A stretch of DNA of 64,000 nt, from positions 32,001 through 96,000 of IMG/VR virus record IMGVR_UViG_3300047564_003843; one strand, given 5' to 3'. Shown piece after piece: positions 8,404 to 17,108 of the stretch (positions within the stretch are counted from its first letter, which is position 1; each line of letters begins with the position of its first letter). A model generated the notes under the pieces. It saw only the letters and a program-made list of their open reading frames with translations, was not told where the DNA came from and did not search any database. Made by a program: the position numbers and the translations under genes. The stretch is from a virus.

Positions 8404-8477
8404 AGCAAATCGTCCATATCGCTCGCGCCGTCTTTTGGCGCAGGTTCTTTCGTGCAGTCACCCTCTAGCCGTCCCAT
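8400..8477 (-). CDS. 25-aa peptide (not in ORF track)
   Basis: MGRLEGDCTKEPAPKDGASDMDDLL preceded by GAGGAG SD. Confidence 0.45.
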   Translation of the reverse strand: MGRLEGDCTKEPAPKDGASDMDDLL

Positions 8478-8489
8478 GCCGTTCTCCTC

Positions 8490-8544
8490 TTGACAAACCG
8501 TTAATTACTAACTATGCTAGCACCTAGCATAGTTTAGTAATTAA
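8490..8544. promoter_or_regulatory. long palindrome overlapping a rightward sigma70-type promoter
   Basis: TTGACA(8490)-17nt-TATGCT(8513); inverted repeat TTAATTACTAACTATGCTAG-cac-CTAGCATAGTTTAGTAATTAA. Confidence 0.6.
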
Positions 8545-8747
8545 TCTATAAATCCCATGCCGCTAATGTTGCGAACAGGCTGCGGCTCATTTGATTGAAG
8601 TTTCAACAATCCGTTAACCATCTCCGCTGCTTCATTAGCGCGAGCCGTTACTCGAATGTGTTCGTCCCTTGTGCGGGCCAGCTTGATGTCGTTCTCGAGC
8701 CGCTCTGCGTGCAGCTGTGCTAATTCCAAAAGTTGTTCGGTTGTCAT
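8541..8747 (-). CDS. hypothetical coiled-coil protein
   Basis: 68 aa ORF coupled by ATGA overlap to the upstream gene. Confidence 0.7.
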   Translation of the reverse strand: MTTEQLLELAQLHAERLENDIKLARTRDEHIRVTARANEAAEMVNGLLKLQSNEPQPVRNISGMGFID

Positions 8748-9736
8748 CGTAGCTCGTCGAGCTCCTCTTCAGAGATTGCTGGTTGGGAAAGTTGTTCCGA
8801 TGTCGAGCTCGGATCAGAGCTTTGGGGGGTAAAAATTTTGGGGTCTTCTTCCGTTAACTCCAAAATAACTTCTGCTTCTTTCTGGTCCGTGTGATCAACA
8901 AGCTCGCCTTGAATGATGGTGGCTCCTGCTTTTAAGCGGGCAAGCCGTTCAGCAATAATCTCAGCGGGTGTTCGGGAATCTTTAAGTTCCACGCCGAGGT
9001 CAATCTCCATACCAGCACGGATACCAGCACGGTCAAGAATCTCTGTCGCCGCTTTGAGTTTGACTGGCTCGGAGATGGCGTTCTCCATAAGTTCTTCAAG
9101 TTTGTCTACCGCGTAGGGTGCAGACTGCATCAGCTTCTTGCGAGCCCGTTCGATGTCCGCGCCCGTCTTCTTGTTCGCGCCAAGGTGTAGGCGACACAAG
9201 CCGTCATCTTTCATACGCCCCGATGACCACAGCATGCAGCGGATGCCCTCGGATGTGTGGGCACGGCAACGCATAGGTAATGCTTTTGGCGCTCGCCGAG
9301 CCGTTGGCGGTCCGCCATCTTCCTGCTCTTTTAGGTAGGCGCGGGTCGCGCCGAGTACCCAAGGCGGTACGAGTTTGCACGCCTCTGAATCAACAACCAG
9401 ATCCAGACCCGTCAAGTAATCGGAGTTATTCTGAAGTGGTTCGCTTAATAGGGCCCTTTTGCTGGAGAGCGACATGAGTCGCCGTTCCTTCATCTGCTCA
9501 AGGGAGCGGGCCTCAATTAGCCCAGTCGGGTGTCCGTTCTCTGTATAGACGGGAACCCATTGAAAGTTATGTTGGCGTAAAAGCAAGCGGTTCTCATAAG
9601 TATCTTCAACTATGCCGCGGTCATGCTCGATAAAACCCAATTCAGACAAATCGGGCCGCATGTCGACAGGGGTGTCGATGAGCGGTTCATTCGGCTCATC
9701 GTCACCCTTGCCGTCAAAAATCTGGAGGTCGGTCAA
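8744..9736 (-). CDS. putative terminase small subunit-like DNA-binding protein
   Basis: CRAHTSEGIRC...LCRLHLG (HGGxSTG-like Zn knuckle) plus VKLKAATEILDRAG helix typical of TerS-like proteins. Confidence 0.5.
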   Translation of the reverse strand: MTDLQIFDGKGDDEPNEPLIDTPVDMRPDLSELGFIEHDRGIVEDTYENRLLLRQHNFQWVPVYTENGHPTGLIEARSLEQMKERRLMSLSSKRALLSEPLQNNSDYLTGLDLVVDSEACKLVPPWVLGATRAYLKEQEDGGPPTARRAPKALPMRCRAHTSEGIRCMLWSSGRMKDDGLCRLHLGANKKTGADIERARKKLMQSAPYAVDKLEELMENAISEPVKLKAATEILDRAGIRAGMEIDLGVELKDSRTPAEIIAERLARLKAGATIIQGELVDHTDQKEAEVILELTEEDPKIFTPQSSDPSSTSEQLSQPAISEEELDELR

Positions 9737-9751
9737 AATTTTTACCCCCAG

Positions 9752-9940
9752 CTATTCGTCAATGCCGAGATGTCTCCTGAGTTCTGCACGCTTCTCAACT
9801 AGTTGGTCGGCGTAATACATCTTTTCGGTTTTGGTTCGATACTCAGCGTTACGCATGAGAGTAACCAAACTCTCAATGTCAGCTTTAAGGCTGAGCTCCT
9901 TCTCAACGTGAGCGTTCAGCTCCTCTGGGGTCATTGGCAT
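9752..9940 (-). CDS. hypothetical protein
   Basis: 62 aa ORF with AAGGA SD. Confidence 0.7.
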   Translation of the reverse strand: MPMTPEELNAHVEKELSLKADIESLVTLMRNAEYRTKTEKMYYADQLVEKRAELRRHLGIDE

Positions 9941-9958
9941 CTTAAAGTTATTCCTTTG

Positions 9959-10255
9959 TTAGGACTTCTTCTTTGCTGGAGCCTTCTTTGGCTTTGCGGC
10001 CTCGGAGGCAAGTTTCTTAGTAACTTCGGCAGCAGCGGCTACTGCGATGCGGCCAAATGCTGGGTCCTTCTTGTTAATCCAGCGGAGTGCCGTTGGGATA
10101 ACAGATGCCCATAGTGCGTTGGCTACAAGTAGCCATTCGCCAGAACCAAAGTCGAGTGGGGAGCCCACGCCACTGGTCTGACTAACAATCATTACTGCGC
10201 CGATAACCTGACCAAGGAGGTTCCGTAGGTAGGACTCGAGTGCTGCTTTGTTCAT
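9959..10255 (-). CDS. holin-like membrane protein
   Basis: MNKAALESYLR, two hydrophobic helices, RWINKKDPAFG, basic C-tail; SD GAAGGA. Confidence 0.6.
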   Translation of the reverse strand: MNKAALESYLRNLLGQVIGAVMIVSQTSGVGSPLDFGSGEWLLVANALWASVIPTALRWINKKDPAFGRIAVAAAAEVTKKLASEAAKPKKAPAKKKS

Positions 10256-10482
10256 GAACAAGTTCCTTCTAAGTAGGGTTTTTTAGTTTCTACTTGGAAT
10301 ACAAAATAACACACATGGTTGAAAAGTTTTTTTCAAAAATGCTGCAAGAAAAGAGTCCTTTATAAACAAAAGTTTGGGCCAAAACTCTGAAATGAGCGTA
10401 AATCAATGGGTTTCAAAGTGTTGGACGGCAGCACAAAATGGGTGAATAAAAAGTGATTCTGGTCGGCGTGTCGAGTCGAAAA

Positions 10483-10557
10483 TTAAGCCATAACTGCCAA
10501 AAGCAAAAGCAAGACTTGCATCAACTCAGACCAAGCAAGAAGGAAGAATTCGATCAC
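10483..10557 (-). CDS. 24-aa hydrophobic peptide (not in ORF track)
   Basis: MIEFFLLAWSELMQVLLLLLAVMA after strong SD ACGGAGG. Confidence 0.45.
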   Translation of the reverse strand: MIEFFLLAWSELMQVLLLLLAVMA

Positions 10558-10623
10558 AGTAAACCTCCGTTCTGGTTTTCCGAAGACTACCTTAGGGGAG
10601 GTATAAAAGCAAGAACCTGCTAG

Positions 10624-10815
10624 TTAGACGTCAACGTCTAAAAATTCTTCAAGCTTTTTTATAAGACGACTTGAGTCATCTACAAATTGTTTTTTGCCTT
10701 TGGGCCAAGCACTCTCATTGAGTTCTGGGTTTAGGTACCATCCACCTGCTCGAGCAATCCGTAGAGCGGTTACGGCTTCCTCTTTAGTCAAGGTGATTTT
10801 TTCTTTACCGCTCAT
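10624..10815 (-). CDS. hypothetical protein
   Basis: ORF track 10624-10836; MSGKE start at 10815 likely. Confidence 0.65.
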   Translation of the reverse strand: MSGKEKITLTKEEAVTALRIARAGGWYLNPELNESAWPKGKKQFVDDSSRLIKKLEEFLDVDV

Positions 10816-11101
10816 CTGGGGTGTCTTCCTTTTCAAGGATAGGCAGTTGCTTCAAGATGTCAGGGTCGTTATCAACCAAAACATCGATGGCTCGACGAAT
10901 CCCGAGGGTATAGAAAGTCTTATCTTCCTCACCCATTGAGGCTTCCCAATCTTTAACCATTTGCTCAAGCTTTCCGACTTTATCCAAAATGGCACCATCA
11001 GAAATATCCCCGACCTTCTGGATAATTTTTTGATAAGCCTCTGGGGAGATTTCATGATTAACAGTCATATCCCAAAGGATGGGTGTTAGTTGTTTTTTCA
11101 T
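10805..11101 (-). CDS. hypothetical protein
   Basis: 98 aa ORF coupled to the upstream gene. Confidence 0.7.
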   Translation of the reverse strand: MKKQLTPILWDMTVNHEISPEAYQKIIQKVGDISDGAILDKVGKLEQMVKDWEASMGEEDKTFYTLGIRRAIDVLVDNDPDILKQLPILEKEDTPDER

Positions 11102-11577
11102 CGTATCGCCTCAAGACAATTCTCGCAAAGAAGAGCATCGTAACCAGTCGCTTCATAAGAGACGGTTTTATACTCGGTGACTGCTGTTGGCACAATTCTC
11201 ACATCTCCTGCTGGAGTTGCTTCAATCGAGCACTTGTCACATTTAGGATTTTCAATCCACTCAACATTTTTGTCTGCACTAAAAGATGCAGCAAGTCCAC
11301 GAGTCAAAGCGTGTTCTACTCCAGGACCACTGGTCTTTCTCAGGAACAGTCTGGTGTCTTCAACCTCAACTACTGGACGAAGATTTTTACAAGGGCAGTT
11401 GTATCTGCTTGGTACACATATAACCAAACCAGCGTCGGTTGAGTGTTTGTTTATAGCGTGACCACAGAGGCAAATCCTCTTGTCACGACTTGGTTTGCGA
11501 GTCAGACTTTCATCTGCCTCAACTGCTTCTTCTGCACTAAGTCCTAGCATGGCTAGTGCATCTCTAGCGTTCGTCAT
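11098..11577 (-). CDS. Cys-rich zinc-binding protein
   Basis: CLCGH..H, CPC, CDKC, LCENC motifs; likely start MTNARD. Confidence 0.7.
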   Translation of the reverse strand: MTNARDALAMLGLSAEEAVEADESLTRKPSRDKRICLCGHAINKHSTDAGLVICVPSRYNCPCKNLRPVVEVEDTRLFLRKTSGPGVEHALTRGLAASFSADKNVEWIENPKCDKCSIEATPAGDVRIVPTAVTEYKTVSYEATGYDALLCENCLEAIR

Positions 11578-11794
11578 TGTTGTCTCTCTCGTTTCCCATG
11601 AAGTTCCACCCCATGATGTTTCTGAACTGAGTATCCGTCTCAGCTTTTTCAATCAAGCCCCCAAGCATTCTCTCGAGGAACTCATTTTTGCGTCGTGCTT
11701 CTCTAAATGCGTTTATGGCAGAAATAATAAACATCGCCATAAAAACACTAAAGAAATTTACTACCCCAATAACTGCTACTTGTTCCCAACTCAT
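11564..11794 (-). CDS. single-TM membrane protein
   Basis: 76 aa ORF with N-terminal hydrophobic helix. Confidence 0.7.
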   Translation of the reverse strand: MSWEQVAVIGVVNFFSVFMAMFIISAINAFREARRKNEFLERMLGGLIEKAETDTQFRNIMGWNFMGNERDNNDER

Positions 11795-11982
11795 TTGGCA
11801 CCTTCAACTTTCAAAAGTCCATGAGCCATCAATTCGTCAACCACTGCCTCAGCATCTCTGGTTGCGATTTTTAACCACTCGTCTGCATCTAGTGGAATCC
11901 TTGTAGGAAACCAATCTTTCATCAAACGACCAGCAATCACATACTTGACTCTCTCAGGAGTCACTGTCATTTTGTCATTCAT
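11791..11982 (-). CDS. hypothetical protein
   Basis: ORF track 11791-12048; MNDK start at 11982 follows TTGACA at 12013-12018. Confidence 0.65.
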   Translation of the reverse strand: MNDKMTVTPERVKYVIAGRLMKDWFPTRIPLDADEWLKIATRDAEAVVDELMAHGLLKVEGAK

Positions 11983-12209
11983 AAAAGTATTATTACCTAA
12001 CACTAGAGAACTTGTCAACCTAAATCCTTCCACCAATTTCCACCCCAATCTGGGACTTAGATACTACCATACACTATTTTTAAATACAACCTAACACTAG
12101 TTTTAAATATTCAAATTCTCAACCCATTTTCTTAGGGGGTGAAACTTTTTTCTCATACGCGTATAGGAAATAGGTTGAATATTAAAATATTAAGTATAGT
12201 TTTTATTCT

Positions 12210-12454
12210 TACTATCACGATTTTTAAAAAGTTTTTGAATTTTCCTTGATAGTAGAGACCTTCCTGCAAAAAACTGTACTATCACGATTTTTTAAAAAAC
12301 TTTTTATTTTTCTTGATAGTATGTTTTACAATGAAAAAAATAACTATCGCAGTTTGTAAAGTTTTTTAGCTTTTTTCTTGATAGTTATTTTTACAGCCCA
12401 AATAAACTACTATCAGGATTTTACAAAAAATGCTGAACTTTTTTGATGATAGTA
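12210..12454. repeat. four AT-rich tandem units, each with an inverted ACTATC...GATAGT pair; candidate replication origin
   Basis: Units start at 12210, 12277, 12342, 12408 (period 65-67 bp) in a 430-bp AT-rich intergenic region. Confidence 0.8.
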
Positions 12455-12530
12455 ACTCTAAAAACTATACACCAAACACTAGATTTTGAATAATCGACCA
12501 TGCAGAGAAATCTGCCTCAAATGTCGACAT

Positions 12531-13184
12531 TTAGACAGTAAAAATGACTGCCTTATGATGCTCAACCCTGACCAAGGGGTGTAGCCAAATCTGGAACCCA
12601 GCCTCTTTAGCCCCAACACACCAAGAGTAGTCCTCCCCCAACATGACAGGAAAGTCTGCCCCTTCAACCCCAATCTCTCGAATCTTGAACCATGGCCTAG
12701 CCATCTTCTCAAAGACCCCAGACTTAACCCCCAAGAATCCAAAACCTACCCCATCAACCCTGACAGGCTCACCCTCTACTAGAAACTCCACAGCGTTTAG
12801 AGAGACAGGATGTCCTGCTTCATTGACCCTCATAGCCCCTATACGACCATCTCGACCTATAGCCATCATTCCAGAGATGATGTCCTTATCGCTTTTCAAA
12901 ATTAACTCAAAATCTTTCACAGACCAAGAGATGTCTGAATCTATCCAAATAATCTTTTCATAGGTAAAGGCTCCACCCCCAAAAGCCACCGCTTGCCAAT
13001 CCGCCCCGTAAGAGTCGGTTGCAGTGTTCTCTCTGGCGCTTGGAACAAAGCTCGAATATTGAGATACGAAGTGATACTTCAAACCCTTGTGATTAAGCCA
13101 TTTTGTAGTCTCTATCAGGCTCTTTACAAAATCCGCCTTCATATCAGAACCAGGCGTTGCAATTACTACGTTGTAGTGTTCCAT
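12531..13184 (-). CDS. GT-A fold glycosyltransferase-like protein
   Basis: IATP, WIDSD (DxD), GFGF, GEDYSWC motifs; leaderless start TAGGCT-6nt-ATG. Confidence 0.75.
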   Translation of the reverse strand: MEHYNVVIATPGSDMKADFVKSLIETTKWLNHKGLKYHFVSQYSSFVPSARENTATDSYGADWQAVAFGGGAFTYEKIIWIDSDISWSVKDFELILKSDKDIISGMMAIGRDGRIGAMRVNEAGHPVSLNAVEFLVEGEPVRVDGVGFGFLGVKSGVFEKMARPWFKIREIGVEGADFPVMLGEDYSWCVGAKEAGFQIWLHPLVRVEHHKAVIFTV

Positions 13185-13214
13185 AACCACAGCCTACACC
13201 TGTAGGATTGTTTT
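13185..13214. promoter_or_regulatory. back-to-back -10 boxes for two divergent leaderless genes
   Basis: AGCCTACA-cc-TGTAGGAT; each -10 is 6 nt from an ATG. Confidence 0.7.
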
Positions 13215-13535
13215 ATGGCAAAACCAAAGACATTTAAATTAGAGCACTCCTCGGTAAGGCTAAAGGACGTCCATCCTGAAGACCAGTGCTTAAAAGAGTT
13301 TTGCACCATCCACAACCGCTCTAAACACCATATGCGCCACCTGCCACAGAACTGGCGGGAAGACCTTGGAATTATGGAGCGAATCTGCGAGCATGGCGTC
13401 GGACATCCAGACCCTGACGAGTTTATGCTTAGTAAGGACATCTACAATTCAATTCACGGATGTGATGGATGTTGTACCCCAATAAGAAAGCTTATTGTTC
13501 GAAAAGACTTAAGGAAACAGGGCAGTGCAAATTGA
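13215..13535 (+). CDS. Cys/His-rich hypothetical protein
   Basis: CTIH, ERICEHGVGHPDPD, HGCDGCC. Confidence 0.8.
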   Translation: MAKPKTFKLEHSSVRLKDVHPEDQCLKEFCTIHNRSKHHMRHLPQNWREDLGIMERICEHGVGHPDPDEFMLSKDIYNSIHGCDGCCTPIRKLIVRKDLRKQGSAN

Positions 13536-14028
13536 CGAATTAAAAGAGGCTCTCACCCTTCAGATGATGATGGCTGGCGGTTTTGATCCTGACAACCGAG
13601 AAGAGTCACCTCTTGAATGGGACTTGAATACTAAAGACAGTCAATACTCAATTTGTAAAGATATTGCAGATTCCCATGTAGATTTTGTTCTTACTCAAAT
13701 AATGTCTATTCCATCTCCTGAAGCACAAGAAGATGTAGAGAATGAAGATTATCTAGATTTTGAATATGAAGATAATCCTCTTGATAGTAAAAAGACAAAC
13801 ACAACTTCTGCAGCTCTTTTTATTTTTATGGATGCAGGTAATGGTAATCCACGTTATGTTTCAGATGTTCGGCAGTGGCTTGCAAATGTTGATAAAGCAG
13901 GTATCCCAGATGACACTGAAATCGAGGGACAGTTATATTTAAGTTATGACATTGAAGGTTCAATAGAAACTATTGAATGTGGTGAGTGTGGTTATGAAGA
14001 AACCCTCATCTCAAGTCACAATCACTGA
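13525..14028 (+). CDS. acidic hypothetical protein
   Basis: 167 aa ORF in operon; C-terminal CGEC. Confidence 0.7.
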   Translation: MQIDELKEALTLQMMMAGGFDPDNREESPLEWDLNTKDSQYSICKDIADSHVDFVLTQIMSIPSPEAQEDVENEDYLDFEYEDNPLDSKKTNTTSAALFIFMDAGNGNPRYVSDVRQWLANVDKAGIPDDTEIEGQLYLSYDIEGSIETIECGECGYEETLISSHNH

Positions 14029-14414
14029 TGTTAAATCCACGAGTATTAGCCAATCTTGGCAAACAACAACAACAACAACCAACAAACATTTATTACCTAT
14101 CTGGACCAATGACAGGGCTACCTGACTACAACCGTCCGACATTCAATAAAGCAGCAGAATGGCTTAGAAATCAAGGTTTTAATGTATGGAACCCAGCAGA
14201 GGAATTTGACCCAAATTACATATACCCACGCAAGTTCTATATGCGTCGAGACATTGAAGCACTTTTAAAGTGTGAATCTATAGTAATGCTTCACGGTTGG
14301 GAGAAATCAGCTGGTGCCCGTTTAGAGCTTGAAATAGCCAAGGAATTAGAAATGAACATATTTTTTCTAGGGGATAATAATCTTGAGAGGAGCCACAATG
14401 AGACCAACCCCTGA
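14028..14414 (+). CDS. DUF4406 / nucleoside 2-deoxyribosyltransferase-like protein
   Basis: YLSGPMTG..YN, WNPAE, GWEKSAGARLE. Confidence 0.8.
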   Translation: MLNPRVLANLGKQQQQQPTNIYYLSGPMTGLPDYNRPTFNKAAEWLRNQGFNVWNPAEEFDPNYIYPRKFYMRRDIEALLKCESIVMLHGWEKSAGARLELEIAKELEMNIFFLGDNNLERSHNETNP

Positions 14415-14550
14415 GAAGCTTCCTGAAAATCTGCGTGACAAGTGTCCATATTGTGGACGTCCTCGTGAGTATGATGACGGCCATGGTCGTCCTCGTTGTC
14501 CTAAACAAGGATGCGCAGGACAACACTCTGGCTGGAATAAAGTCAAGTAA
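14398..14550 (+). CDS. small zinc-finger protein (not in ORF track)
   Basis: MRPTPEKLPENLRDKCPYCGRPREYDDGHGRPRCPKQGC...; SD GAGGAG. Confidence 0.6.
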   Translation: MRPTPEKLPENLRDKCPYCGRPREYDDGHGRPRCPKQGCAGQHSGWNKVK

Positions 14551-14629
14551 TTCATCGCCTTTACTTTTTCGCGATAAACTATAGACTCACCTTAAATTTT
14601 TTAAACCCCTTTTACCTTTAGGAGCCACC

Positions 14630-16678
14630 GTGAGTATCGCTTTCTCTTTTTCCTTGTCAAAAGACTTTGTTGCAACATATAAGGATAAGAAAGCGCCATT
14701 TGGTTATACAGATGCAGCAGGTAACTCCGTAGGTGAGATTACATTTCTTCGCACATACTCACGATTAAAAGAAGATGGAACTAAAGAATCTTGGTCAGAT
14801 GTTTGCGAACGAGTTGTTAATGGTATGTACTCAATTCAAAAAGACCATTGCAAATCACAGCGTCTTCCTTGGAATGACTCTCGCGCACAAGCATCTGCAA
14901 AAGAAGCATTTGACCGTTTATTCAACTTGAAGTGGACTCCACCAGGACGTGGACTTTGGGTAATGGGAACTAACATTGTTAATGTCCAGAGAAACTCAGC
15001 AGCACTTCAAAACTGCGCATTTGTTTCAACTGCAGAGATGACAAAGAACAATCCATCAAAACCTTTTGGATTTCTTATGGAAGCATCAATGCTTGGCGTT
15101 GGTGTTGGTTTTGATGACAAAGGTGCTGACAAAGACTTTACAATCTACACACCAGAAGAAGGAGAGACCTATGTCATCCCAGACACCAGAGAAGGATGGG
15201 TGGAATCAACCACAGCCCTCCTCGATGCTTTCCTACGACCAGATACGGCGGCTCCAGTATTTGATTACAAAGAAATCCGCCCGCTTGGAGAGCCAATCAA
15301 AACTTTTGGTGGAACAGCAGCAGGACCCGACCCACTAATTAAATTACACAACCACATCCGCAAAATGTTTGCTGGACGTGGAGGTGAGAAGCTCACACGT
15401 GTAGACATTGCAGATATTGGAAATCTTATTGGCGTTTGTGTTGTCTCAGGAAACGTTCGTCGTTCAGCAGAGCTTTTAATTGGTCGTCTAGATGATGATA
15501 ACTTCTTGAACTTGAAGAATGCAGAGAAGTTCCCACAGCGTAACTCTTATGATGCAGATGCACCCGGTTGGGCTTGGATGTCTAACAACTCTGTCTCTGT
15601 TGAAGTAGGACAAGACCTTTCAAACATTGTTGAGGGTATTGCCAGAAACGGTGAGCCTGGTGTAATTTGGCTGGATGTTTCAAAACAATACGGAAGACTT
15701 GCAGACCCAATCAACAACAAAGACCACCGAGTTGCAGGTTACAACCCGTGTGCAGAGCAGTCACTCGAATCCTATGAGTGCTGCACTCTCGTTGAAACTT
15801 ACCTCAACCGTCACGACTCAATCGAAGATTACAAGCGAACACTTAAATTCGCATATCTCTACGCAAAAACTGTCACTCTCCTTCCAACACACTGGGAAGA
15901 GACAAATGCAATTATGCAACGTAACCGAAGAATTGGAACGTCTATGTCGGGAGTTGCAAACTTTGCAGACCTCCACGGACTCCCAGTCCTACGAAAGTGG
16001 ATGGACGATGGATACGCAACAATTAAAAGCTATGATGTTACTTACTCTGAGTGGCTTGGTATCCGTGAATCAATCAAAACAACTACTGTAAAACCATCAG
16101 GAACTGTTTCAATCCTTGCAGGTGAATCACCAGGAGTTCACTGGACTCCAGGTGGTAAGTTCTTCAAGCGAGCAATTCGTTTTGGAAACACAGACCCAAT
16201 GCTTCCACTTTTTAAGATGGCTAACTACACAGTAGAACCAGCATCTGAATCTCCAGATACAACTAGTGTTGTTTTCTTTCCAATTAAATCTGGCGCATCT
16301 CGTGCAGAGAAAGATGTAACCATCTTTGAGAAGATGAGCCTTGCTGCAACTGCACAACACTATTGGTCTGATAACTCTGTATCTGTCACAGTTTCATTCG
16401 ATCCTGAAAAGGAATCAGAGCATGTAGGCACAGTCCTTCACATGTATGACGGACAGCTAAAGACCGTAAGCTTCCTTCCTTCAGGAAACTTCACATACCC
16501 ACAAATGCCTTACACCCAAATCACTGAAGAAGAGTATGAAGATTCTATAATGAAACTCTTCCCTATCGATTTCTCTGGCGTGTATGCAGGACTAGCAGCT
16601 GATGCTATTGGCGATGCTTACTGCACCACAGACGCATGCGAGATTAAGCTTATTGTGGAGAACCAAAAAGATAAGTAA
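14630..16678 (+). CDS. nrdJ: class II adenosylcobalamin-dependent ribonucleotide reductase (monomeric RTPR type)
   Basis: RTYSR, PPGRGLW, NCAF, GNVRRSA, NPCAEQ, TVKPSGT, C-terminal CTTDAC. Confidence 0.93.
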   Translation: MSIAFSFSLSKDFVATYKDKKAPFGYTDAAGNSVGEITFLRTYSRLKEDGTKESWSDVCERVVNGMYSIQKDHCKSQRLPWNDSRAQASAKEAFDRLFNLKWTPPGRGLWVMGTNIVNVQRNSAALQNCAFVSTAEMTKNNPSKPFGFLMEASMLGVGVGFDDKGADKDFTIYTPEEGETYVIPDTREGWVESTTALLDAFLRPDTAAPVFDYKEIRPLGEPIKTFGGTAAGPDPLIKLHNHIRKMFAGRGGEKLTRVDIADIGNLIGVCVVSGNVRRSAELLIGRLDDDNFLNLKNAEKFPQRNSYDADAPGWAWMSNNSVSVEVGQDLSNIVEGIARNGEPGVIWLDVSKQYGRLADPINNKDHRVAGYNPCAEQSLESYECCTLVETYLNRHDSIEDYKRTLKFAYLYAKTVTLLPTHWEETNAIMQRNRRIGTSMSGVANFADLHGLPVLRKWMDDGYATIKSYDVTYSEWLGIRESIKTTTVKPSGTVSILAGESPGVHWTPGGKFFKRAIRFGNTDPMLPLFKMANYTVEPASESPDTTSVVFFPIKSGASRAEKDVTIFEKMSLAATAQHYWSDNSVSVTVSFDPEKESEHVGTVLHMYDGQLKTVSFLPSGNFTYPQMPYTQITEEEYEDSIMKLFPIDFSGVYAGLAADAIGDAYCTTDACEIKLIVENQKDK

Positions 16679-16851
16679 TGGCAACCTACGACTATAAGTG
16701 TTCTAACGAGCACCACAGAGAAGTCGTTCGTTCCATGACTGCTGCCGAAGAACTGGTGACCTGCACGGAGTGCGGGGAAGAGATGACGAGAGTCTTTTCA
16801 TCCCCACCTGTCATGTTCAAGGCTAAAGGGTTCTACTCAAGTAGGGGTTAG
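16678..16851 (+). CDS. FmdB-family zinc-ribbon protein (not in ORF track)
   Basis: MATYDYKC..H...CTECG...RVFS.PPVMFKAKGFY. Confidence 0.8.
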   Translation: MATYDYKCSNEHHREVVRSMTAAEELVTCTECGEEMTRVFSSPPVMFKAKGFYSSRG

Positions 16852-16902
16852 CGTTGGGCGAGTCTGTTGACGTGCCAGCAGACTCTCCCACATAATAGTC
16901 TC

Positions 16903-17067
16903 ATGATGTTTACCCAAGGCGATGTAATCGCGACAATAATTGCACTACTCGGTTGTTTAACAGTTATGGGCTTATTCTGGAAACAGAATATTGCCTTGCA
17001 AAGAGAGAACATTGCGCTTAGAAAGCGTCTAGTCGAACAAGAAGTTAAAAGCATTCTTCATAAGTAA
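16903..17067 (+). CDS. small TM plus coiled-coil protein
   Basis: TTGACG-18-CATAAT-6nt-ATG; hydrophobic N-terminus. Confidence 0.6.
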   Translation: MMFTQGDVIATIIALLGCLTVMGLFWKQNIALQRENIALRKRLVEQEVKSILHK

Positions 17068-17108
17068 TAATGCTATGATTGAATACCAAAGCACAAGGAA
17101 GGACCACA

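Noticed and set aside
12210-12454. CRISPR array (66-bp periodicity)
   Set aside because: Units are degenerate with only short half-sites conserved, spacers are about 20 nt and low complexity, and no cas genes are in the window.
14551-14629. Cobalamin riboswitch upstream of nrdJ
   Set aside because: The intergenic space is only about 80 nt and AT-rich, with no B12-box.
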